From Prasinococcaceae sp. CCMP 1430 (lineage: Eukaryota > Plantae > Prasinodermophyta): a stretch of DNA of 64,000 nucleotides. Every line of letters begins with the position of its first letter. Position 1 is the stretch's first letter. Location of the stretch: positions 280,457 through 344,456 of the forward strand of contig RQSC01000523.1 in the NCBI GenBank assembly GCA_013416795.1, written 5' to 3'. Below are positions 46,814 through 58,164 of this stretch, piece by piece. The notes below the pieces were generated by a model. It worked only from the letters and a program-made list of their open reading frames with translations. It was not told the DNA's origin and searched no databases. The position numbers were made by a program, and so were the translations under genes.

Positions 46814-48445
46814 GCTGTGAGGCGGCGGCGGCGGTCCGAGCGTCAGCGGCGGTTGCGACGCACATGCGCGCGCGCGCGCGCCTATGCGCATGCGCGAGCG
46901 AGCGGGTCGCGGAACGCGGAGGCCAGGGGGCGAGATGGGCGGCGCGATACTCGCGCGCGCGCTCCGGGTGGGGGCGCCGCGGCAGCCCCGCGCCTCCCCC
47001 GCACCCCCCCACGCGCGCGCGCGCGCGTGCGCGCGAGCCGCCACGAGAAGATCCCAATGCATTCCGACCCGCCGCGCAAACGAATGCGCTTTGACGGGGC
47101 GCCGCCGCCGCCGCCGGCGCCCCGACCTCTTTTATTTTGATTTTGATTTTTTTAGTTCGATTCCGAGCGTTGGCGCCGTCGTCGCGCGTCCCTTTTTTTG
47201 TTCCGTTTTTTTTTTTCGCCGCCCGGCGACGGGATGGCCGCGCCCCTCCATCCTTTTTCTTTTTCTTTTTCTTTCTTTTTTTTTCCATTTCCACTTCTTT
47301 TTCTTTTTTTTGGGCCGTGGCCGCGTGGGGCGAACGTACAGTACTCGGGCGAATTCCGCACGTACTAAGTCCCTCAACTTGCGTAAGAGAAATTTCACTC
47401 CTTTTTCGCAGCCATGAGTACGTAAACTCGCCATGATAGTGCATGCATGAGGCCAGCGCCAAATGACTTTTCGGACACCGCGAGCGCGTGCGAAAAAAAA
47501 AAGAAAAGAAAAAAGCGGGCCGAAAATGCGCTCGAAAGTTTTCATCTGCCGGCCGCTCCACACGCACACACATACGCGCGGGGTCGCCTGGCCTCAAAAC
47601 CCGAACCCTCCCGCCGCGCGATTCTAGTTAGAAATTGACTCGGCGTTGCGTCGTATGCAGACCCTTTTGTTCTGACCCTCATTGCATCGCATCGTCGGGG
47701 AGGGTCGCCCGTGGGTTGATATATCGTCAAATGTAATGTTTGTGTTTCGTGCGCGATGCGTTCTGACGTGCGCGCGCGGCGCGCCGGCCGGCGGCGGCGG
47801 CGGCGGCTGCNGCGTGCCGCCCCCGGGATGGATCCTTTCCTGAGGTCGACGCTCGGCGTGCTGGCGACGGGGCGGGCGGGCGGGCCCAGGCTGGGCTCGC
47901 CGCGGTGCGCGCGCGCGCGCTCGCGAGGGCTCTGCGCGCGCCGGCTCTCAATGCTGGATCAGCAAAAGCAGGGCAGCGGAAGCGCGCGGCCGGTGCCGGC
48001 AGCAATGCCCGCGCCGCCAGCGCCGCCCCCGTGGGGTTGGCCGTTGTCGAGCCAGCGGCGTCCGCGGTGGTGGAGATCCCCTCCCGTCTTCCACCCGCGC
48101 GCCTGGCGCACCCGGCCTGTGCAGGTGGCGCCCGTATGCGCTCCGCTCGCTGTGCGCTTCAGGGCGCCGGTGTGCAGCTGGGTCTGAGGGCTGGAAACAG
48201 CGTCGGCGGCAAGCCCACGATGCGCCGCGCCGTGCCGCGCCGCGCTCGGTCAAGCTAGGCCTTGCAGGGAGAAACGAGCGCATGGCGCGGACGGCCGACG
48301 GCGGCGCGCCATCTCTGTGCGGGGTCGCTCGCGGCGCCGGATCGCCGCGCGACGCCGGCTTTCTTTTCTCGCGCTCCGTGAACGGCGCGCTGACGCCGCC
48401 GCCCTCGCGTTGCCCCCCTCGCTCGCGCGCGCGCCCCTTCCGCAG

Positions 48446-49225
48446 GCGCCCAAGGGCAAGAAGGTGGCTTCCATGCCCGGCAAGAAGAAGCCGGCCGCTG
48501 CGGCGCCCACCAACCCTCTCTTCGAGAAGAAGCCGAAGAACTTCGGCATCGGCCAGTCGAAGCCCCCCACCAAGGACCTCCACCGCTTCGTGAAGTGGCC
48601 GTTCTACGTGCGCCTCCAGCGCCAGCGCCGCATCCTCTCGAAGCGCCTCAAGATCCCGCCCCCGATCAACCAGTTCAACCGCGCGGCCGACTCGTCGACC
48701 GCCAAGTCGATCTTCAAGCTGCTGATGAAGTACCGCCCGGAGGACAAGGCGGCCAAGAAGGAGCGCCTCCTCGCTGAGGCGACCGCCGTGGCGGAGGGCA
48801 AGGAGGTGTCCAAGTCCAAGCCGGTCGAGGTGAAGTACGGCCTGAACCACATCACCTACCTGATCGAGCAGAACAAGGCGCAGCTGGTGGTGATCGCCCA
48901 CGACGTCGACCCGGTCGAGCTCGTGGTGTGGCTGCCGGCGCTCTGCCGCAAGATGGGGGTGCCCTACGCTATCGTCAAGTCCAAGGCCCGCCTTGGCGCG
49001 GTCGTGCACAAGAAGACCGCCACCGCGCTGGCGCTGACGGCCGTGAACAACGAGGACAAGGCCACCCTGTCCAAGCTCGTCGACTCGCTCGACGTGCAGT
49101 TCTCGGGCAACGAGAAGCTGCGCCGCGAGTGGGGTGGTGGTATCATGGGTAGCAAGAGCCAGCACAAGACGCGCGCGCGCGCGAAGCTCCTCGCCAAGGA
49201 GGCCGCCCAGCGCGCCGCCGTCTAA
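48446..49225 (+). CDS. RPL7A: 60S ribosomal protein L7a (eL8), main exon; ATG exon not located
   Basis: [56 protein letters not shown]. Confidence 0.96.
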   Translation, partial: APKGKKVASMPGKKKPAAAAPTNPLFEKKPKNFGIGQSKPPTKDLHRFVKWPFYVRLQRQRRILSKRLKIPPPINQFNRAADSSTAKSIFKLLMKYRPEDKAAKKERLLAEATAVAEGKEVSKSKPVEVKYGLNHITYLIEQNKAQLVVIAHDVDPVELVVWLPALCRKMGVPYAIVKSKARLGAVVHKKTATALALTAVNNEDKATLSKLVDSLDVQFSGNEKLRREWGGGIMGSKSQHKTRARAKLLAKEAAQRAAV

Positions 49226-49920
49226 GGCGCCGGCCCCAAGCCCACCCAACGCAGCTCCGGTAAATAAGAAAAAAAACATTTCGAACAGAATTATCGGGGG
49301 CGCCTTCGCATTGCCTTTGACCTCTGCACGCGCGATGGCGCGCAAAAAAGGCAAAAAAAAAAAGGTGGGGCGCGTCCGACGTCGTCGTCGTCGACCCCCG
49401 CCAGTTCGGCGGACGGCCCGGATGTGGACTGCGGATCATCCCGGTTTTCGCGCCTCGAAATCCGCGCTAGTCGCGGGTGAGACCCAGGCCTGACCCGGGG
49501 TGCTCGCATCGACACCTGAGGTTTTCGGCGCCGCCCGCCCGCGCGGGCGCGCCCCCCTCCCGCTCGGATCCTGCAACCGGCGCGTGCCGCGCGCGCGCCG
49601 CGCGCCCACGGAATTTCGCGCACCGCCAAATAATGCATTGTAAAGTATATCAATGATACGGATGAGGGTGTGAAATGATGAATAATATGTGGTTTTGGCC
49701 TGCGGCCTGCGGGCCTGCGAACGAATGCGATGCGCCGGAGGGGGGCGCGGCGTGTGGTTGGCGGTGTGTGGGGGGGTGTTGGGCGCGGGCGCCACAGCGC
49801 GCGCGGCGGAGAGGGAGGTCCCCGTGCGCGCGCGCGCGCCCTTGCTTTCCCTCCGAGCCGGCCTGCCCGCCGCCCGCGCGCGCAGCGGCGCCCGCGCGCG
49901 GCCACGCGGCCGCGGCCGCG

Positions 49921-50493
49921 GCCGCGGAGGTGGTGGCGCCGCTGAAGCTGTTCGGCACGTCGGGCCGCTACGCGACGGCGCTCTACAAGGCCGCCGTGAA
50001 GTCCAAAGCCCTCCCCGCGGTCGCCGCCGACATGAAGGCGTTCAGCGAGGCCGTCGACGGCAGCGCGGTGATCGGAAAGTTCCTCGCCGACCCCACGCAG
50101 TCCGCGGCGGAGAAGAAGGGCATCGTCGACAGCTGGGCCAAGCAGGCGAAGTTGTCCGCGCCGGTGGCGAACATGTTCGCGGTGCTCGCGGAGAACGGCA
50201 GGCTCGCGGACTCGATGGGCGTCGCGGCGGACTTCGAGAAGCTCGTGCTCGCCGCCAAGGGTGCGGTCGAGGTGACCGTCACCTCGGTGGCCAAGCTCTC
50301 CCCCGCTGACATTACCGCGCTCAAGGGCTTCCTCAAGACCAACAAGATCTTCAACGGCGACAGCTTCACGCTGGTGGAGAAGCTCGACCCATCCATCGTC
50401 GGCGGCGTGGTCGTGCAGGCTGGGGACAAGCTCGTCGACCTGAGCGTCTCGAAGCGCATGGCCAAGCTGCAACGCGCTCTCGCAGCCAACTAG
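49921..50493 (+). CDS. ATP5O: Mitochondrial ATP synthase OSCP subunit (5' end uncertain)
   Basis: PLKLFGTSGRYATALY, VLAENGRL, DPSIVGGVVVQAGDKLVDLSV. Confidence 0.9.
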   Translation, partial: AAEVVAPLKLFGTSGRYATALYKAAVKSKALPAVAADMKAFSEAVDGSAVIGKFLADPTQSAAEKKGIVDSWAKQAKLSAPVANMFAVLAENGRLADSMGVAADFEKLVLAAKGAVEVTVTSVAKLSPADITALKGFLKTNKIFNGDSFTLVEKLDPSIVGGVVVQAGDKLVDLSVSKRMAKLQRALAAN

Positions 50494-50740
50494 AGCTGGG
50501 AGCAGGTGGTGGTGGTGTGTGGGTGGGGGGGAGCAAGCGCTGAATGTGCGCTGCCGCGGCGCCGGCGCGCGCGTTCGCGAGCGCGCGCGGAGGCAGTTGC
50601 ACCCGGGGCGGGTGCGCTGCCGCAACATTTTTGATCGGAGTGCGCGAGCTAAGAGACAATGGCTTGAGCGCATGACGGGGGTGGTTGGGACACTGGCGCG
50701 CGTCTTATGATTCCGCGCGCGCCGGCATCGAGCGACGCGC

Positions 50741-52369
50741 CTAGGAGATGGGCGAGCCGTCGGGCATGTCCGGCACCGTCACCTTGCCACCGCCGACGAC
50801 CAGCTCCTGCCCGCCGTAGGTCGCCACGCCGCCCTGCACGGTGAGCTGCACCTTGATGCGGTCCCAGAACTTGGACTGCGGGGGACGGCGAGCGAAGCGT
50901 GTACATGCGAGCGCGCGTCGTTGTCAGCCTCAGCCAGCGAACACCCCCGCAGCAGCGGCGCGCGGCGGCGCGCGCCGTGGGGGGCGGGGGCGCCCGTACC
51001 TTGCACTGTTGGCACGCGGCCCGCCACGCGCGCAGCGCACAGGGAGCAACGCAGCGGCGCGAGTGTCAGCCCGTGTCAGCACCGGTCCTCTCAACGATCG
51101 GCGTATGGTGCCCCCGCACCGGCGGCGGCGGCGTCTGCTTCAGTCGAAAGATGGTGATATAACATGTGTGTATCCACACGGTGGTTCGGCAGGAATAAAG
51201 GGATGCGTTTTCATCATTGCAGACCCCACGGCGGCGCGCAGCACGCACGCACACGCGGGCAGGCGGGCGCGCACGCGACGGCCGCAGCGGCGGCGGTGGC
51301 GGCAGGCGCCGGCATCGGCGCCGGCATCGGCGGAGGCGGTCGAGCAACAGCTCAGCAGCTGCGCGCACACGTACCTCCTTGGGCGGCGGCGCCTTGGGCT
51401 CGGCCCCGCCCACGAATATGCGATCGCCGACGGTGGCACCTGCAGGGGGTGCGGCGAGCGTCACCTTGCCGTCCGTCACGCCGCACATGATCATCGCCGC
51501 CGAGAGCTGGCCCGCGAGCTTGGCCGTCTTGAGGTTGATGATGGTCATCACGGTCGCCCCCTCCAGCACCTCCTGCGGCACGTGCTTCCGCAGGCCGGTC
51601 ACAACCTGGCGCACCTCGTCGGGTCCCACCTGCACCTGGCACAGGTAGAGCTTGTCGGAGTTCTCCACAAACCCCACCTCCTTCACCTTGGCCACCACGA
51701 GCTTGGCCTGCACGTCGCGGCGGTGGGCGGCGCGTCGGAGCGCGGCGTCAGTGCGCCGCGAGCGAGTGGGCTCCGCCCTCGAGCATGGGCGCACAGCGCA
51801 CAGCTGCGCGTCCGCCCTCATTCCGCTGAATTGGCGTCATAGGTGCCCGGCGAGAAAGAGAAAAGCCAGGCCCCACATCTAGTGACAATAAATGAGTAAT
51901 CACGGGACGGACGCGCGCTCGCAGGCTCGCAGGGGCGCGCCTTGCGCCAACGAACCTTGCCGAAGAGCTCGATCGGGTCGTCGTCAGCGGGCGGCGGCGC
52001 GGCCTTCTTCTCCTTCTTGGGCTTCTCCTTCTTCTCCGCCTTGGGCTGGGCAGCCGCCTCGTTGGCATCGGCGACAGCGCCGATGATGGGGTTGAGCAGC
52101 TTCAGATAGGTGGTGTCGCCCTTGAACACCTCGGGCATGGGGCACTGGCTCTCAAAAGGGGCCGTCATCCAGTAGCCCGTCGTCGGGCAGCGACGCTTCT
52201 CCACCCAGGGCGGCAGGGTGACCTCATTCGCCCACGGGTCGTCGGGGTCGGTGCGCGAGACGAGCACGCCGCCGCTGGCGGCGGCGACGCCCTCGCCGGT
52301 CGCGCCGCCCAGCAGCGAGGCCGACAGCATCTCCTCGCAGCGCTCGATCGCCGCGTCAATCGCCGCCAT
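50741..52369 (-). CDS. tRNA-binding OB-fold protein (Arc1p/AIMP1/EMAPII-like); exons 52369-51956, 51707-51375, 51005-51000, 50875-50741
   Basis: SDKLYLCQVQVG...RQVVTGLRKHV...NLKTAKLAGQLSAAMIMC; C-terminus ...PDGSPIS*. Confidence 0.85.
51133..51224 (-). ncRNA. Intronic box C/D snoRNA, U51/snR39-like
   Basis: Terminal stem GTCTGC/GCAGAC, box C ATGATGA, box D CTGA preceded by TCACCATCTTTCG, complementary to LSU rRNA CGAAAGAUGGUGA. Confidence 0.85.
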
Positions 52370-52962
52370 GCGTCCCGAGCGTGTGTGTGTCCGTCGGAGG
52401 GACGGAGGAGGCGGCCGCGCCGGGCGCCGCGTGTGGTGCGCCGCCGCGCCCTGCGCCCTAAGTCAGGTCCGGAAAAAAAAAATGCCTGATGCCCTTGATC
52501 AGTTTGGCTTCCGCTTTTAATTTTTTCATTGAGGAGAAGGCGCGGGCGCCGCCACAGAATTACCCTTATTTTGTTTTCAAATTAGTAAAGATGATGTATC
52601 AATCACCATTATACAAAATATTATAATTCCGTGTTTTAGGGGCCCAGAGCATACTGAACCCTAATCTATGAACCCCAATCGATTTCGCGCCCGCGCGTTC
52701 CCCGAGCGAAGCGAAGCGGAGCGGCGAAACGGGCGCTCTACGCTGCGGGCTTCCTACGCTTTGGTACAGGACACGGTACAGCGGGCGCCGGGGGTGATGC
52801 CGCGGGGGCGTGCGAGGACGCAGGGGTCTTGGGCGACCGGCGTGCCCTTGGCGCGAGGCGGGGGGAGGCGACGCTCGCGGCGGGTGGCGCGGTGGAGGCG
52901 ACGCCCGTCGGCGATGGCCTGCCCGCAGGCGGCGGGCTGGCGTCGCTCGCTCGCGCGCGTGG

Positions 52963-53901
52963 TCACGGGCGGTCGACCGGCGCGCCGAGCGCGAGCGGCA
53001 GTGCGAGCGGCAGCGCGTGGGGCTCGCCGGCGGCATCGGCGTCAAGGCCTGCCCCTGACGGCGGCGCGTACGCGCCCGCGCCCCCAGGGCGCGCGCCCGG
53101 GTCGCCGTGGTCACACCCACCGGTTGCTTCCTCGCCCATGAGCATCGTTTGCTCCCAGGGGAGGAGCGCGACGCCGCCCGACGCACTGTCGGCCGCGAGC
53201 ATCGCGTGCTGCCCCCATTCGCCCGTGACGGCGCCGCGCAGGAGGCCAACAAGGCAGCTGCCGGTCGTGAAGCCGCACACACTCACTACCAGCAGCACGA
53301 CAATTGCTCCTGCGGGGTGCGCGTTGGTGAGCGACAGGTCCCCATATCCGATGCCCGCAAGAGTAACGAAGACGAAGTAGAGGCTGTCTTGGTACGCCCA
53401 GCCATTAGCGCCCGCGATGATGCCCGCGAGCACGAGCAAGAAGGCAAAAGCGCAAACGAGCGTGCCCGCGGACGCCAGCGCGGCCGCGAGCGCCGAGCTG
53501 CGGCGCGTGGGGGCGTGGCCGCTGACGGCGAGCCGCCTCGTCTCGTATGTCGCTGTAGCAACCGCGGCGATGCGGCGCGTGATCAGTTCGCCCGAGGCGA
53601 GGCTGACTAGCACAGCGAGCGGCACCCCCGCGAGCGACATGAGCACCGTTAGCGCACGACCGGGCCCTGTGACAGGGACGACGTCGCCGTAGCCCACCGT
53701 GGTCACGGTTTGCAGCATGAAGTACGCCGACTGGCCGAGCGACCATGTGGGTGCGGCGCCAACCGGCGGCAACGACTGCAGCTCGTCGAGTGCGGCGAGC
53801 ACCCTCGCATCGGGCGACGGCCCAAGCGCAGCCGTCACGCTCCCGACGAGCGCCTCCCTCCGCTCCGCGGCGGCCACCGCGCGCCGCTGCGCCGCACCGC
53901 G
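52963..53901 (-). CDS. Two-pore-domain K+ channel (TPK/K2P-like), 5'-truncated
   Basis: Two pore loops: YFMLQTVTTVGYGDVVP and YFVFVTLAGIGYGDL. Confidence 0.85.
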   Translation of the reverse strand, partial: RGAAQRRAVAAAERREALVGSVTAALGPSPDARVLAALDELQSLPPVGAAPTWSLGQSAYFMLQTVTTVGYGDVVPVTGPGRALTVLMSLAGVPLAVLVSLASGELITRRIAAVATATYETRRLAVSGHAPTRRSSALAAALASAGTLVCAFAFLLVLAGIIAGANGWAYQDSLYFVFVTLAGIGYGDLSLTNAHPAGAIVVLLVVSVCGFTTGSCLVGLLRGAVTGEWGQHAMLAADSASGGVALLPWEQTMLMGEEATGGCDHGDPGARPGGAGAYAPPSGAGLDADAAGEPHALPLALPLALGAPVDRP

Positions 53902-53914
53902 CTCGGCGCTGGCC

Positions 53915-54838
53915 ACTGCCGCGCCGCAGGACCTCGCGTCGGCACCGGCCTTCCTGGAGCGCGTGCACGCGCGCCTGGTCGCGCTGGGCCTCGACGCGGA
54001 GCTCGCCGCGCCCGCAGCGCGCGTCGACCACGTGTGCTGGCGCGTGCCGACGCGCGCGGCGTACGCGCGCGCTGTGTCGGCCGCGCTCGCCGAGGGGCAC
54101 GAGCTCGCCGTCGAGAGCGAGATCGGCGGCAGGCCCATCGCGGTGCTCAAGCTCAGGGATCCCATCGTTTGGGGCGGACTGAGCGTGCCCGCGCTGGAGC
54201 TCCCCGCTCCCAAGCCCGGCCGGCCCAAGCCCGAGGGGTGGGAGCACATCGAGGTGGCGCTCGGCGTCGGCGCGCTCAGCGGCGCCGCCGGCGTGCGCGC
54301 ACTGGAGGAGATGGTGGCGCGCCACCCAGGCCTCGAGTGGGACACCAAGTCGCTGTCCAAAGCCATCAACCCGGAGGTGAGCGTGGCGCTGGGCAACGGC
54401 GCGTGCGTCAAGTTCCACTGCGTGCCTCTGCTAGAAGTGGCCGCGCATGAGCTCGCCGCGGGGCTGGTCGTGCCAGTGATGCCGCCGCCGGGCACGTACG
54501 CGCGCATAGTACGCATGCCCATGTTCAGGCATGAAGACGATGACGGGTGCAACTCGACGGAGGCCTTCGAGGAGACCATCGCGCTGGCGCCGGGGGGGCT
54601 GGCGGTCCACTGCAGCCCCCCGCAGGGGAGCTGCCGTTTGGCGCCGACCGAGCTGCTCGTTGCGTGCGCGCGGCTCCCGGGCGGCGGGATGGAGCTCCAG
54701 TTCGAGCCGCTCGCGCCGCCGTCCGCCGCTTCAGCGCGCGGGGCGGGAGTATCCCTGCCGCCGACGCTGCGATGGGGAGGCGACGACAGCGCCACGCTCG
54801 AGAGCGCCGACGACGGCGCAGCCTTCGTGCGCAGGTGA
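53915..54838 (+). CDS. YecM-family (VOC-fold) protein with C-terminal extension, 5'-truncated
   Basis: DHVCWRV, ESEIGGRPIAVLKL..PI, LELPAPKPG...EGWEHIE, INPE...VKFH..PL. Confidence 0.8.
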   Translation, partial: TAAPQDLASAPAFLERVHARLVALGLDAELAAPAARVDHVCWRVPTRAAYARAVSAALAEGHELAVESEIGGRPIAVLKLRDPIVWGGLSVPALELPAPKPGRPKPEGWEHIEVALGVGALSGAAGVRALEEMVARHPGLEWDTKSLSKAINPEVSVALGNGACVKFHCVPLLEVAAHELAAGLVVPVMPPPGTYARIVRMPMFRHEDDDGCNSTEAFEETIALAPGGLAVHCSPPQGSCRLAPTELLVACARLPGGGMELQFEPLAPPSAASARGAGVSLPPTLRWGGDDSATLESADDGAAFVRR

Positions 54839-54894
54839 CCGCAGGCCGAGTCGCGGCGCCTCGATTAATAAAACCGACCTTAATATCGCGCCAC

Positions 54895-56476
54895 TCACCG
54901 CAGGTCGTCCACGACGGCGTCGAGCGCATCGAGCGCGCTGGCGCCCAGTCTCATGGCGCGCGCTGGCGACCAGCCCACATCGCCGTCGGGTCGGTTCGCA
55001 TTGTCCTTGAAGGGCATTTCGAGCGTCATCGCGGGCGCGTCGAACGCCTCGGTGATGGCGTTGCTGCACACGAGCATGTTTGCCTCCCCGGGGGCATCCA
55101 CAGGGTAGCCCTGTGCGCCCGCGCGCGCGCGCGCGTGTGCATGTGGAGGAACGCGCGCGTGCGCAGGGCAGTCGGAGCGAGTGTGAGTGCTCTGGGCAAG
55201 GTTGGACAGTGGCATACGCACACGCGTGTGCTCTCGTATGCGCAAAGCGCCTGTGCACTCGCAGCACATCAGGCACGCGCGCGCGCACGTACCTCCACCT
55301 GCTGGAAGTCGGGGTTGGCACGCTCGAACGCATCGCAAAAGGCCTTCTGCAGGCCAGCCAGGCGCGGTGTCCAGCCCGGGACGCCCTCCGACCCGGCGAT
55401 GAAGTTGTACGGCAACGCCTCGTCGCCGTGCACATCAAGCAGCAAGTCCAAGCCCGCGGCGTGCATCTCGCGCAGCACATGGAAGACCTCTGGCGAGTAG
55501 TCCTCTGTGGGCGTCGCCCACTCGCGGTTGAGGTTGGCCCCCGCCGCGTTGGTGCGCAGGTGGCCGCGGCGCGAGCCGTCGGGGTTCATGTTGGGCACCA
55601 CGTGGAAGGTCGCCTTGTCGAGCAGCCTCGCCGCGAGCGGGTCAGCGTCATCGAGCAGGCGCGCGAGGAAGCCCTCCATCCACCAGCTGGCCATCGACTC
55701 GCCCGGATGCTGACGCGCGATGAACCATACCAAGCGCTTCCCCGCATCGGCTTCGGGAGAGGCGCCCGCCGCGCGCACGGTGACAACCTCCATGTCGGCG
55801 CCGTCGAGTGTCGTGCCGACGCTGCGCACTCTCGCGCGCGCCGACGCGCCGGCGCGCGCGACGAGCGCCATGTTTTGCTCGTACGAGTGCGGCGCGAAGT
55901 ACGCCAGCCACGCGGCATCGGCACCGCCGAGCTCATCGCGGTCGAGCGTCATTCGCAGCTCGCCGTCAGCGTACTCGGTGGCAGCAATGCGCGTCCACGA
56001 CCTGCGGTCTGTGCTCACCGCGCAGCGGTAGTCTTCCCAGCCCTCGATGTACGAGCACTCGCCCGCATTGGTGATCACCACGCGCAGCGGCGAAGCAGGC
56101 AGGTTGGACACTGCCGAGAGAGGTGCCCACACGCACAGGCGCGAACGGCAGAGACGAGGGCGTGGGGAGCGGCCGTGATGGACGGGTGCGCCGAGGGGTA
56201 GCGTCAGCGCGTGCGCACGCGTGCAAGCATGCGTGCAACGGTGCACTGCACCGCGGCAGCTCGGCGCCGTCGTTGTCGGCGGCAACCAAGCGCAGGCGGC
56301 TCCCGCAGCGCACCCTTGAAGTGGAACCACTGCATGTGCGCCCTGCCGTCTACCTCGGTGTATGGGTCCGGGCGGATCGATACACGCATCTCGTGCGCGG
56401 CGGCGTCGTACGCTTCGAGCACGCCATTGCCACTGTCGAAGCAGCTCGAGAGCCGCGGCGTCTGCCCGGCGGCCAT
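54895..56476 (-). CDS. M14 zinc carboxypeptidase (cytosolic CCP / bacterial type), three exons
   Basis: SCFDSGN, QWFHFK, YFAPHSYE, ARQHPGE, PNMNPDG, NLNREW, DVHGDE, TLEMPFKD. Confidence 0.9.
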
Positions 56477-56520
56477 GGCGGCGGCCGCGCGGCGCGCGGG
56501 CGACGGCAGCGGTGGGCGCG

Positions 56521-58164
56521 CTCGCCCGCGCACTGCGCGCTGCCGATGCGGGCGCTCCATGCCCGTTCACGGTTGACGCGCGGCGAGTCCGGCTGTCAGC
56601 GCTGCCGCCGCAAGGGGACGGCGAGGCCGCTGGGGCGGACGTGGGGCTCTACGCGCGCGCTCCTATTGACGAGGGCGACGTCCTGGTGCAGGTTCCATTC
56701 CGCCGAACGCTCGGCGAGCGCGCGCTCGCCGGCCGCGCGTGCGGGGCGGCTATCGCCGAGCTGCGCAGCGCTGCGGCGGTGGCCGCAGCCGAGAGCGCGT
56801 GGGTCTTCGTCCAGCCCGGCGAGGTGGCGACCGCTGCGGCGATTGCGCTCGTCGAGGCGCTGCCGGAAGAAACCGACTACGACGAGTGGCGGCCATACGT
56901 TGACGCGCTGCCGCCGCCGGCTGCGCGCGTGGCCATGCCGCTGTTGTGGGACGACGGCGCGCCGGAGCTCGGCGTGGCCGGCGCTGCCGATGGCACGCAG
57001 GTGGGCGCGGCCATTCGCAGGCTACGCCGGGAGGGCGACGCGGCCGCGGCGCTTGCAGCGCCGGTGCTACTGGAGTGCGCACCGCGAGCGTTCGGTGGGA
57101 ACGGCGACAGCGGCGCTTGTAGCGACGGCGGAGCCGGCAGCGAAAGCGGCAACGACCGGGGCAGCGAGGGGAGCGGCGGTGGCGGTACCGGCGAAGGTGG
57201 TCGAGGAGGCAACGCCGCTGCCGCGGCGCTGCGAGCTGCGCGCCGCGCCTTCCTTGGGGCGCTCTCGATGGTGCAGTCGCGCAGCTTTGGTCTGGACGAG
57301 GAGGAGCTGGAGGAGTGCGACGAGGCCGAGCGCGCGCAGGTGAGCGCCGGCTCTAACATGGTGCCCTACATCGACATGTGCAATGGCGCGCTCGACGGCG
57401 ACTCGAACGTCGAGTGCATCGTTGCGCCGATCGCGCCGCCCCCGGGCGTGCGCGCGCCGCCTACCATGTGCATGGTGCTGCGCGCGGAGAGGGGCATCGA
57501 GGCAGGGGAGGAGCTGCTACTCAGCTACGGCGAGACGTCGACGGCAGAGTTCGTCGCCAAGTACGGTTGCCCGCCGGCAGCACGTGGCGCCGGCGAGCCG
57601 CACGCTCTCGACTGCGCCGTGTTGTGGCCGCCCTCGGACGCGCTGCCGCCGGCCGAGAGCGACGCAAGCGCGGGTGCCGACACGTTCGCGCAGGCAGCGC
57701 TGCGTGCGGCGCTGCGCGAAGCCGTTGGGGCGTCGTGTGAGCAGCTCATGCGCCCTTTGGCAGCCGTGCACGGCGCGGCCGACGCGGCAGACGCCATGCT
57801 CGTATCACCGTTCACGCTCACGTGCGACGACCTCAACTGCGCACTCGCTGCCGCGGAAGCCGCGGACGACGAGGGGGGTATCGCCGGCGACGCGGCCGTC
57901 GAGGAGGTGCCTGCGCTCGGTATGCTACGCTGCGTTGCAGGTGTGCTCGCCGAGCACCCGCTCGGAGGCTGCGGCAGCGGCGGCCGAGGTGGTGGTGCAA
58001 CGGCTCGCGAGGTGATGCTCGCCTTCGTCGACGACGCACTGACGCGCTGCGTGCCGCCGCCGCCGGTGGGCGACGGCACGCCTTCGGCGGGCGAGGCCGG
58101 CGCGCGCTACGCACGAGCGGCTGAGCGCGCTCTGCTCGAGCGCTGGCGCGATGCACTCACGTAA
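56521..58164 (+). CDS. SET-domain (Rubisco LSMT-like) methyltransferase, start codon not found
   Basis: GLYARAPIDEGDVLVQVP, WRPYVDALP, VQSRSF, MVPYIDMCN, GEELLLSYG. Confidence 0.75.
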   Translation, partial: LARALRAADAGAPCPFTVDARRVRLSALPPQGDGEAAGADVGLYARAPIDEGDVLVQVPFRRTLGERALAGRACGAAIAELRSAAAVAAAESAWVFVQPGEVATAAAIALVEALPEETDYDEWRPYVDALPPPAARVAMPLLWDDGAPELGVAGAADGTQVGAAIRRLRREGDAAAALAAPVLLECAPRAFGGNGDSGACSDGGAGSESGNDRGSEGSGGGGTGEGGRGGNAAAAALRAARRAFLGALSMVQSRSFGLDEEELEECDEAERAQVSAGSNMVPYIDMCNGALDGDSNVECIVAPIAPPPGVRAPPTMCMVLRAERGIEAGEELLLSYGETSTAEFVAKYGCPPAARGAGEPHALDCAVLWPPSDALPPAESDASAGADTFAQAALRAALREAVGASCEQLMRPLAAVHGAADAADAMLVSPFTLTCDDLNCALAAAEAADDEGGIAGDAAVEEVPALGMLRCVAGVLAEHPLGGCGSGGRGGGATAREVMLAFVDDALTRCVPPPPVGDGTPSAGEAGARYARAAERALLERWRDALT

